From Raillietiella orientalis (taxonomy: Eukaryota): a stretch of DNA of 64,000 nucleotides. The notes under the pieces were generated by a model. That model ran no database searches. It saw nothing but the letters and a program-made list of their open reading frames with translations, and was not told where the DNA came from. The stretch is taken from the NCBI GenBank assembly GCA_036172245.1, contig JAYWIR010000039.1:992001-1056000 (forward strand), read 5' to 3'. The position numbers and the translations under genes were made by a program. This document shows positions 49,681-59,875 of the stretch, in pieces (positions within the stretch are counted from its first letter, which is position 1; every line of letters begins with the position of its first letter).

Positions 49681-52600
49681 CTCATCAGAAACAACGCAAG
49701 AGTCTAAAAGAGCGTAGGAGGGAGGCAGAAAAGCCATCGTGCTAACTTTAAGGATCCTGAAAGTTTCGCTGCACAGATCTTCCAGCAGGAAATGTTAGCT
49801 GTGGAAGGATCGTCATTTATTTGTTACTGTTACTGCAAAACGAGAATTTGAGAAAAGGCAACACCAGCTTTAAGGGATGCGCGTGGTTTTCCTCTAAATC
49901 TTTTCCTCTAATTGGTAGAATCTCTCTGCTGAAAGGTTTGCTTCTGTTGAAGCGGTGGCTTCAAGAAAGGTTTTGAAGACCACCAAAATAGGTTGAAAGT
50001 CTTCGAATGCTTTCTTTCTGCATCCACTCAACGAAGACGATCATCGAAGTAATCTGAGGTCCTAATCGATAGGGACAGGCTGGCGTCTACTTAAATGATC
50101 CTTAATTCTAATAGTAATGAGGGCAAGGAATTCAAATGGGGAATAAGAAGAGATGCTGGAAGGGTTTCTCTGTCTTCATTCTCCCCTACCATATTCCCTG
50201 ATTTACAAACCAAAGAATCCTGGGTAGAGTAGACTAATGGTCACTGAATTTTGCCTTGGACTGTAGTACAGAAATTTCAGGGTGGAATCAGTAGGCCGAA
50301 CTAGGTCAAATCGACCGCTGTTTACAGGACTCCCGCATCTGAGGATAGCGGAACGGTGCCTATGTTTTTCTTTATTCCGGAAAGTTAGGTGGAATGGAAG
50401 GGAAGGAGGAATCACCAACTACTGCTGAGGGATGCAGCATTTCGGATGTCGATCTCATCCGGTCCTGATGTCTTTAGGGTGCATTATTCCAGCTGTTCGT
50501 GGTAGCAGACGGAAGAAGGCCGAAGAATGAGGATGGAAATGGGGAAAGACTCGGTTTTCGTAATGGTCAATTTGATTTCCGAATCCTCTCGCTGCGGACG
50601 GTGCTTCTGGTAAGCACGTGGGGGCGCCATCTTCCCCCCAAAACCAAAATTTGGTACAGTTCGCAATTTGCCAGAAAGAGAACAAAGTCGGGAAGGGCAG
50701 TTCGATGTGGTGAGTACTGATCCTATTAGATCGGAGTAAAGCTGACAGGTCTTAGAGGGGAGCGTCTGCTCGTGAACCCCAAAGTGTGGCAACTCTGAAA
50801 CCGTTGAATGGTCATTCATTCCTGAAGATGCAACTTGTCCGATTCGTACGTGTTCGCCCCTGGTTGCCGTGGCTCACCACGCGTTATGACTGCTCACGGC
50901 GCCGTCGGAGAGAACCTTTGCTGCGTGGATCGAGCAAGGCAATTTAAGGGATACTTTGACAGTGGAAGGATTGTGCACAAGGAAAGGTTTCACCAAAACG
51001 TACACTGTTCATTAGAAGATAACGGACCAGCAGCAGTTCGTTCTTCTCGCGTGCATGGATGCATGTGCGTGCGTGTTTTCGTTGTGTTTGAGAACCAATG
51101 AAGCTTTGGAGGTAGCTTGACAGGCAGGTCGTGTATTCACGTGACTACCAAGTGTGTGTGTGTGTGTGTGTTTTTTTTTCTCGGCAAGAACGGATGAGCA
51201 AAATTTCTCTGCCGAGATGATCCGAACGATTCGATCACCTACGGATATTTCCCCATGGTACTGTTGCATTTCCGATCGGATGACCTGCATAAATACTAAG
51301 GTCACGGCTCTCTTGGTGTGCTTCGCCATGCATTGCTGTTTGCATGCATTACCTTGAAGCTAGAAGACTCCGAGTTGAAACTCTGACAACAGAAAGGTTC
51401 CTTATCAAAAACTCCTGGATCGCAACCAGGCACTCCGCATCTGCAAGAATAAAATTCACCGCAAACTGTAGCAATGTAGCCATCTATTATCACGTTCCCG
51501 TGCACGGTAATTTTAATGTGTATAACCGTTCGGTATAATTTTAATGAACGTTGTTGAAATGGACTTTGGTGTTCTAAGGTGATACAGGACGTAGCAACGT
51601 ACAACCTCATTACCAAAGTCCCCACAGTACAGCTGTGCGTTTTACATTTTCTTTCCGTCGGGCTTGCAACAAGAACCTCCAGCTATATAATTCCAAGAGC
51701 CCCTCACAACGAACCATCCAAAGCACAACAGCGTTCATCCAGCCTTCGTAGCACCCCATTTGATCGTCCAAATGATCGCAATGATTACCTCTGTCATCAG
51801 AACCACGCTTCATGGGGTAAACAACCGTGCAGCGAAACAGTAAGAGAGAGCGGAAGAGGAGGAGCAGGGCTTCCTCCTTCCTCTTCCGCTCCCAGGCGCA
51901 GTGGCGGGGGAGGCAGAGAAGGACGTGGGGGGTTCTTCCTCGTTGTACGGCAGCTTCTCCCCGAAAGTAGCACTGAGCATTCTCGCCAATACCATCGCCA
52001 TTCTCACCAGAATACCAGATTTGTGAGACGCTGCCAGGTTCACCTGCCAAATTTCCAGCTGTGGAACAGTACGAATGCAGACAAACGCCAAGACATATCC
52101 CACAAATAGCAGACATTCGTGATCGAAAATAGATCAAGACAATTCCCGATTCACCAACTCATGTGGCCACCCGTTCCTTTACCAGCGACCTCCCTAAGCA
52201 AATTCCCCACAGTCCCGCGTTCGAAAAGGATTGCCACGAAACGGACGCCAGCGCAGCAAAGCAAGCCAAGGATTGATTTGCCTTGGTCCGCTTTACATGC
52301 GGGTCATCTTCAGTCCTCCGTGATTTTTGACCCCGAAGAACTAGGGAAGGGTAGAGCGAGAGACATAGAGAGGCTGTTGCCGAACAGCCGCAATCCCTGT
52401 GCCCGTTTCGTTCCCTTCCCGAAACTCTGTAGCGGTGTGCCATCTTCGCACACATCGTGCGGTGAACCGATGGCATTGACGATATTTTATTCAGTTGGGG
52501 TTACCGAGACACGAACTCTTTCTCTTGAGGAAGGCAGTGTTGCCAGTTATCTGAATTCACAGTAGCCGCTTGTTCTACTTTTCCTAACCTGGTAATCAGC

Positions 52601-53377
52601 ATTTAAGAAACATCGAGGACAGCTTTTCCTTTCTTTTGGAAAACACGGAAAACACTGACATACATTTAGGAAACCATTCAAAGACCGTGCTGAACACCGC
52701 GCGATACACAATGCATACTCACTAGGATCAGCGATTTCATGCTTCCTGCCGACTTCTTCCAGCGGCCAGAGAGCTGCATACCTTTAATCTATACCACTGA
52801 GTGGTTTGCTCTGCATCATCGCATGCTGACTTGCATGCTCTTGTTGTTTCCGAGCTGGAGATTCCGGGAACGAGCTGGTTCGACGTTTATATGGAATCCC
52901 GGATTCCATGGCTTTTGTAAATAGATGGCCATTGACCTTACCGTTAACTATTGCTCGCTTAAGCCACTTCCTAATCTGATTCAATTCGGTTTTCGTTCCT
53001 TTGTGACACTCCTAAGACATCTGCATTTCCGTTTTTTTTACTTCCTCTCATTGGATCGATTCGAAAACGGGAATGCTCTCCCCATTTGTTCAGGAGTGGC
53101 CCTGCCATTCCCGGAGAGCAAGAGGAATGTTGCCTGCCGCAGATAATCTCAATCGGCATCTCATTTGCCATCTCACGAGCGTTCAGACTGCTGCAAAGCA
53201 AGTCGGCTCTTGAGCGACGCTTCGTCAACGGCGCACGGAAAATCCGAGAGACATCGAGGCCTCACCCTCGTCTTCCTTCGGCACCAACCCCCTTTTCCGA
53301 GTTCCCGAAGAACTGAACTTCCCGGAATTTTCGTAGTGGCGAGTTCGAATTTTCTTTTTTTTCTTCTTCTTTATTTC

Positions 53378-53521
53378 AGTCATTGTCCTTCGAACGGGAC
53401 TGCCTGTCATCCTGGTTCGAACAGGGCTACGAGTCCTTGGGATGCAGGCAGGAGTGCCAGTCCTTCTCGTTCTAACGGGACCACGAGTCATTGTGATTCT
53501 AGGAGCACTGGCAGCCATGCT
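53378..53521. repeat. Degenerate 27-bp tandem array (about 5 units)
   Basis: Units such as agtcattgtccttcgaacgggactgcc, tgtcatcctggttcgaacagggctacg and agtcattgtgattctaggagcactggc. Confidence 0.8.
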
Positions 53522-54022
53522 CGGCAAAATTGCTAAAACTCATCAGAACTGGCATCCTCGGAAATTCGAGAGACCTGAATATTTTTCTTTCTCCTTTCTG
53601 TGCTTCGTTTACGAGGGCGTTCTCCTGCAACATTCGCGTATGTTGAGGACCTCTCTGAGGTATTCATGACCAGCCATTTTTGCGGCATTGTGAGTCCTGT
53701 AAAGCTATGAACGAATTTAAAGGATACTTTCCTGAGGTACCACCCTGGAGCATGCCCCGTTCGGTGGACGGAACGAGAAGGGAAACTCCCTTTCCTTGCA
53801 ATTCGTCAGACTCGACTTTGCACCTTTGACTGCAGATGAGTGCTCGACCCGAAATCTTCTTCCGCGTAGAGTGCGAGCAAGCGAGCATCCCCGGAAAAGC
53901 AGAAAAGACCTCCCCCACTCCACCCAGGAAAAGGAAAAAACAAACAAGCCCCACGCTGTGGTCACAGCGAAAGGTTACAGCATCTTTTCACAAGGTATTT
54001 ATTTATGCGCTGCACAATCCAT

Positions 54023-55923
54023 TTACTTGTAGTATCTATTATATCTCTTATAGTGTCTGGAAGTTCCTTGGAACAATCTCGCAATAGGATACCACCACTT
54101 GTCGGAATCGTCGTCGTAAAACCGTGGGTGATATGGAAATATTGGCATAATGATCATCGGGTAGTTGGAAGGCGCACTGTAGGCATAAGGTGATCGCATC
54201 TCTAGATTGTGGCCAAAGTCCAAGTTTAAAGGCTGCCTCCACTTCCCAAAAGAAGGGGCATACGTTTCCAGCATAAGAGGCTGGGACCAAGGGAGACCCA
54301 AAGGCTGAGACCACCTGCTAGGGTTCAACCCAGAGGAGTACAACGGTGGCGTCAAGTAATTGTCATACTGAGCGTAAGGAACAGAACTGCTCTGCTCTAG
54401 GTGACCTACGATTGGGCGCGTAAGGAGCACCGTAGACGACGTTACATACCTTTGCTCCTACTCCGTCCGACTGGTTGGTTTTGCAGGTTTGTCCACGAAG
54501 CATCTTTTTCTTTGCCGTTGCTTGCAGTGTTCCTCCAATAGATGTTTGGATCATACAGGTTAGGGCCGCTGTTAAAGTGTAGCTCCTCACTTGGATGAGA
54601 GTAAAACTGAGGGTTGTTGTTCAGGAAGTAATCCTGACTAGGAAGTTTCAGGAAATCTTTCCCTGATACTTTCAAGCTCCGTGGCTTCAGGTCCGAGGAC
54701 TTGAATGGCTGGTGGGTCCCACCAGAAGACACGTCGTTTGGTTTTATAAGGAACAGCAAAAATACCTGAAATGGCAACCCAGTCGAGATCTTTCGAGCGC
54801 TTATCACGATCTCTGCTCTCGTAGGGCTCGCGGATTTCCCTGCGCATTTAAAGGGCACATCCATTCCAAGAGAATTATCGGTCATTCTCACCCGAACGGG
54901 ACCACGATCCTCATTGTGATTCGAAGGGGAGAGCCAGTCATTCTCACTCCGCTAGGACTGCCAGTCATTCTAACCCGAATGGGACTACCATTCCTTCTCA
55001 TTCAAACAGAATTGCTGGTCCTTTTCGTCCGAAGGGGAGCTCCAGCCATCCTGATTCGAGCAAGGTTGTCGGTCATTCCCTTCCTTACGGAACTTCGGAT
55101 CGTTCTCATTGGATCGCGGTTACGGGACACAAGGCGTCTTCTCATGAGAGTAGGACCAGCACTGACTACGTCGTTGCATCCAGCGAGACTCATGGCGTTT
55201 CTCTCCGAGGGAGGCCTTTCCGAGACGCTCTTCTGGTGGTGGTCTCGCCCCAAACAAAGACCTCACTGCACGGGAGGAAAGAACTTTCTCGTGTCTTTCG
55301 CTCGATGTGGAGTGCGTCAAACACCGAGGAGCTGGTGGTCGTGGCCTTTTGCCGAGTGGGCAGCACGTGGGTGGGGAGGATCGAAGCTTCCTCCGGCAGT
55401 GCACCTGCACAGGCTGGTGGGGGAGAGCGTCATCCCGTCGACTCCCGGAGGAAGTCGATCTTCCAGGCATGGGAAAGAAGAACACTCTGGAACTTTCCTG
55501 AACCGGACTTCTCCGTGTTCCGGGAGTGCACGGAGCGGGTGGTCCGTCCGGGTGCAGCTGAGACATGTCTGACGCTTGCGTGCGGAGCACCAGCAGCAGT
55601 TCCATGCGGCGAGGTGCACATGAACCGCTTCCTCCTCTTCTTATCTGCGCTGCTTCCATTCCGTTCCTCTTGCGTTCCGAGAGAACGAAGGGCATGGGAC
55701 CTCCGAGATGGCCGGAAAGGCTGGGATCAGAGCTCCGACCCTGGGTCTTCGACTTCCGGCTCTCGGTCAGTCTTTTCCCCGAGGACGCGAGCTCGTGCGC
55801 GGGTTCACGGAGTGCGACGAGTGGCCCAGAAGGTTGGGGAGAGAAGATGAGGAAGGATTCCCGGGAGTACCCCGAGAAGCTGGAGCTCCCGCGCCCGCGC
55901 CATCTCACCCAAGAGATCTCCAT
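54023..55923 (-). CDS. Putative secreted Tyr/Pro/Trp/Ser-rich protein, about 237 aa
   Basis: Exons 54765-54450 and 54405-54023 are joined in phase by a 44-nt GT-AG intron. The best first exon is 55923-55909 (gccATGG, MEISW|gtgaga), giving the signal-like MEISWVFLLFLIKPNDVSSG. WSQPL/WRQPL occurs three times; basic Tyr-rich tail RHYKRYNRYYK*. The first exon is less certain. Confidence 0.68.
54880..55124. repeat. Degenerate 27-bp tandem array (about 9 units), homologous to 53378-53521
   Basis: Approximate consensus agtcattctcattcgaacgggactgcc; e.g. agtcattctcactccgctaggactgcc, agtcattctaacccgaatgggactacc. Confidence 0.85.
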
Positions 55924-57489
55924 GGCGAAGGCGGATCCACAGGGACGCGACTCCTCCACCTGCCGCGAGGTTTCCTCCGGACGAAAGGGTGCGGCGAAGA
56001 GTGCAAGGACTGTTGAAGGGAGGAGGAGGAAGGGGGAGCAGACACACACGAGTAAAGGCGGCTCTAATGCTGCTGCTGCTGCTGCTGCCGAGGCGACCTC
56101 CCGACTGACCCGAAAAAACGAGGTCCTCTGCTGACCAACTGGCGTTATATGGGCCGCCGGCTTCCGGCCCCTGGGAACGCCGTTGCTGTCATCGAGGCGG
56201 AGGGAGGGGGGGGGGCAACACGGATTTCCTACGCTCCACAATCCGGGAGGCAGAACAGCCCCAGATCTTCTGGCGGTCCAGGAAGGGAAAGGGAGGTTTC
56301 CGCGCTCCTCACTTGCCGCTTCCGCGGCTGGTGGCGCCGCGGAGGGAAGCGCGCCCGAAGGAGTTGCCTCCCTCCGCACCCTCTGCAGTACCCTGGGGAA
56401 GGGAGAAGTCGGTCCTCAGACCTTACCGGGATCGGGGGAAACTCCAGACTCCTGATGCGCTCGGGTGCGGCCGAACTCTCCAGAAAGTTGCGACCCTCCG
56501 CTGAACTCATGAAGAAGACGCGCCCACCTGCCCTCCATTATAGAAAGGGTCCTGGGCGAGGGGGAGAAGAAGGCCTTTGAGACTTCTTTCCTGGAAAGAA
56601 CGGGGAAGAACCCGGAGCAGGCAGGTTCTCCCCGTTTGGAGGGACGAGGCAGGCAGTCAGTGACGTCAGTGGGCGTCTTCTTGTCTTCCCCCAAAACAAA
56701 GGGCCACGGTAGAGAGGCCGTAGGAACGTCGCTCGGCATCCCTCCTGGTCCGACTCGAGGGAAGCGACGTCCCCAGCCGAAGGCGCTTCCCGAGACGACC
56801 AAAAGGGGCCAGCGTTGCGCTTGCCGGAGGCTCTAGCACAGACTTCTCGTAGCACAGGCCTCAGGGCCCCCCTTCCAGAAGGAGCGATCCTGCTTCCTGG
56901 CCACTCCTTCGAGAGAGTCTTTCCAATCTTCCTTCGGGTGGCTCCCACCTTCTCCGGAGGTCTTCAAGGAATTCCCTGCGGTGTGGACGGACCTCTTTTC
57001 CACTAGGGCGAGGGAGAAGAGAACCTATCTGGCTCCCACCCGCGGGTGACCAGGTCTTTAGGGGTGCTCCGTGCCCTACCCGACCCAGTATCCATCCTCC
57101 AGCAGAGCGCAGCACCGCCTGCCCTCCAGCGAGGAGGTCTGGAAGGAGTTACTTTGTCCTCTTCTCCCTTAGGAGTAATCGCTGTCGTAGCAACACAGAG
57201 AAGGGATTTGCTCCAGGAGGAACAAGCGCAAGAAGGGGTAGATCCGGGTTTCGGAAGGATATCCCTCCGAGAAGAGATCTCGCCGACCCTGCCCGCAGCC
57301 TCCTCCTGATACCGCGAGGACAGGGAGAATATGGAACTGGAAGTGGGTGAAGGGGTACTCCTAGAGGCGTCCCCTATGAGACTGCGCCATATCTCCCTGA
57401 TGGCATTGACGATGGGGAAGCGGATCGCGGGCTTTCCCCGAGGCTAAGTGTCAGTGGCGCAATGGAGGCGGCTAGCTATCTCCCGCATC

Positions 57490-58085
57490 CCTTCTTTGCC
57501 CTCATCCTCATCTTATGTGCGTCCCTCTGGAATGGGTAAAAATCTCCTCCTATTTCTCTTCCCGCTCGTTCTCTGGTCCTCCCCATTTCCAACTTCCTGT
57601 TCCCCCTTCCTTCTCTTTTCTTTCATCCTTATATTCCTCTTTCCTTCCTTTCCTTTTTTTGTCTTTTATCCTCCTCCCGATCTCCTCCTTCCCCCTTATT
57701 CTCCTCCTCCTCCTTGCCTCCTTCTCTTCCCTTCCTTCCCCGCCTCCTTTCCTTTCCTCCTTTTGCCTTTCATCTTTCCCCTCGTCTCCTACATCTTATC
57801 CCTTTCTCCTCCCCCTTCCTCCTTCCTCCTCCTCCTCCCTTCCTTTCCTTCTTTTGTCTTTCATCCTACTCCCGGTCTCCTTCTCCTTTCCCTCCCTCCT
57901 TTTCCACCCCTCCCTTCCTCCTTTTTCCTTTCAAACTCTTCACTCCTTCCTCCTCCTCCTGCCTTTCTCCCGTTCCCTTCCTCCTCTACGTGCTTGATCT
58001 CCAGAGACATTTCATCTAACATTCCCTCTCCCCCTTAATCCTCCATTCACCATGTCTTTTATCCTCCACCCCTCCCCCAACCATT
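57490..58085. repeat. Long polypyrimidine (CCT/CTT) low-complexity tract
   Basis: About 600 bp almost entirely C/T on the plus strand. Confidence 0.9.
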
Positions 58086-58147
58086 TCCCGATGGGAAGCC
58101 GTGAGAAGGAAAAGACTCTCCCGGATGACAGGCGCCAACGGCAGATT

Positions 58148-59774
58148 TTAATAGTTCACGTAGGACCGCGCCCCGGCCGTCGTGCCGAGACCGTAGCCTC
58201 CAAATCCCCCCGGGCTGAGGTATCCGTAGTTTCCCAGCGCTCCTGGACCGTAGAGACCGAGGCCGCTGTATCCCCCCAGTCCTCCTGGACCGTAGAGACC
58301 GAGGCCGCTGCCGTATCCCCCCAGTCCCAGGAGTCCGTTGAGGCCGCTGTATCCTCCCAGCCCGGAGAGGGGGTATCCCAGTGTTCCTCCGAGCCCGCCG
58401 TATCCAAGGCCGCCGTATCCAAGGCCGCCGTATCCCAACGCTCCTAGGCCGCCGTATCCGAGCGCTCCGGGGCCACCGATGGGGCTTCCGTACCCCAGCC
58501 CCGCCAGGGAGCCGAGGCCGCCGAGACCGCTGAGGCCGCCGAGCCCGAGGCCGCCGAGCCCAAGGCCGCCGAGGCCCGGGTAGCCAAGCGCTCCAGCGGT
58601 GCCGTATCCGAGGCTGTTGAGGCCCCCCAGGCTGCCGAAGGAGCTTCCTGGAATCATCCGGGGGTCACGCCCACGCCCTCGGGTGACGGCCACAAGCGTT
58701 ACCCAGTCCGAAGGGGTAGGGGTTGTTCTTGGCCGTCTCCAGGTCGTTCTGCGACTGGAACCGGGGGTTGTAGGGGCCACTCCCTTCCGACGACTGGCGG
58801 AGGGGAGACAGGCGGCTGTAGAAAGGGTTCCTCTCTGGGACCTCGGCGCATGCAGCCATCACCAGGAGGAGGAGGAGGACGCTGCAGACCTGAGGGAGGG
58901 CGAGCAGAGGTGAGTCCACGGGGTCGCGGTGGAGGGCGGACCCTCCCGCGCGCTCCGCACTGCAAAACGCGATCTCCCATCCATGCGTGGGCACTCGTCG
59001 GCACGCTGTCCCTTGGCGACCAAGACGGCCTAGGCAGCAGGGGAAAGCTGACCTTAGTCAAGGGGGTCCGCGAGGAGGAAGGGAGGAGGAGGGATAGAAG
59101 GAAGAGAAGGAGAGGGAGAGAGTGGAAGGAAGAAGAAGAATCAGAAGTCGAAGGAAGGGAGGAGGAAGAGGAGGAGGATGAAGAGGAAGAAGAAGGGAGG
59201 AGGAGGGAGAAGAAGGCAGCAGGCGACGCCTCAGATCCTTTTCTTTCCTTCCGCCTCTCCCTCCTGCTTGCAGGTGCTCCATCTCGTGCCGTCCCGCAGG
59301 GTTTGCCACCTCATGGCTGCTGCAATGGTTGGTTTTGTGGGAGGAGAGAAGGGCCGGAGACGAGCACCTCTGGGGATGTTCGCGTGCGCAGAGCCGGGGC
59401 GGTACGGGGCACTGGCTGCGAGTGCGGGAACAGTCCTCGGGACGGCTGCGGGTGGGGTGGCCGCAGACGCGCTTTCCTCCTCTTCCTCCTCAAGGGAAGA
59501 AAGCCGGTTCGGACGGGCTGACTCTCGCGCGCTCCTGCGAGTTGCAAGGCGGACTGCGCAGCGGCTGCTTGCAGGGGTGCCAACTCTCCTCACCAGGCCG
59601 ATGGCCCGAATGAACGAGGTTTCCGTGCCAGGGACACAGCAGTGGGGGCGCTTCCGTCTTGGGGAGAGGGGAGCACGTGGGAGGGGGGGAGGGGGCCAAG
59701 CCACACGTGCGCGCGCGGGCGCAGAGGGGGCAAAAAGAGACAAAGACTTCGCTTACTTGGTAGCCGGTACTCAT
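58148..59774 (-). CDS. Secreted glycine-rich structural protein with GYGGL/GLGG repeats (cuticle/chorion-like), 234 aa
   Basis: Exons 59774-59757 (MSTGYQ|gtaagc), 58889-58703 (VCSVLLLLLVMAACA signal peptide) and 58647-58148 (LGYGGLGYGGLGYGGL, GLYGPGG; ends RSYVNY*). All GT-AG and in phase; TATA and Inr upstream. Confidence 0.88.
59070..59215. repeat. Polypurine (GGA/GAA) tract in intron 1 of the Gly-rich gene
   Basis: About 145 bp almost entirely G/A on the plus strand. Confidence 0.85.
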
Positions 59775-59836
59775 ATCGACGCCTCGGTTTCAGCGGCCGG
59801 GGAGGGAAAACGAGAGCGCCCACTGGATTCTGGCAG

Positions 59837-59875
59837 GACTGAGTAGAGGCAGGCGTTTGAGGACTGGGTATATAT
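59837..59875 (-). promoter_or_regulatory. TATA box plus arthropod-type initiator for the Gly-rich gene
   Basis: Minus-strand TATATA (59874-59869), then TCAGTC (59842-59837) about 32-34 nt later; predicted +1 at 59840, 66 nt before the ATG. Confidence 0.65.

Noticed and set aside
53378..55124. Repeat arrays as CRISPR-like
   Set aside because: Units are contiguous and degenerate with no unique spacers; eukaryotic context and no cas genes.
4620..55124. Stop-codon reassignment (TAA/TAG to Gln, TGA to Trp) suggested by stops in relic frames
   Set aside because: Conserved genes terminate at their expected ends with TAA (aldolase, RBM18, POP5) and TGA (RPA12, CCDC86); ordinary decay explains the pattern.
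57448..58038. Plus-strand ORFs of 196, 160 and 101 aa rich in L/P/F/S
   Set aside because: Artefacts of the C/T low-complexity tract, which has almost no purines to form stop codons.
58961..58984. Alternative first exon MDGRSRFA for the Gly-rich gene
   Set aside because: In phase, but has a weaker donor (gtgcgg) and no promoter; the MSTGYQ exon has GTAAGC plus TATA/Inr.
58850..59846. Plus-strand ORFs with poly-E/R/K
   Set aside because: Antisense to the Gly-rich gene and driven by the G/A tract and high GC.
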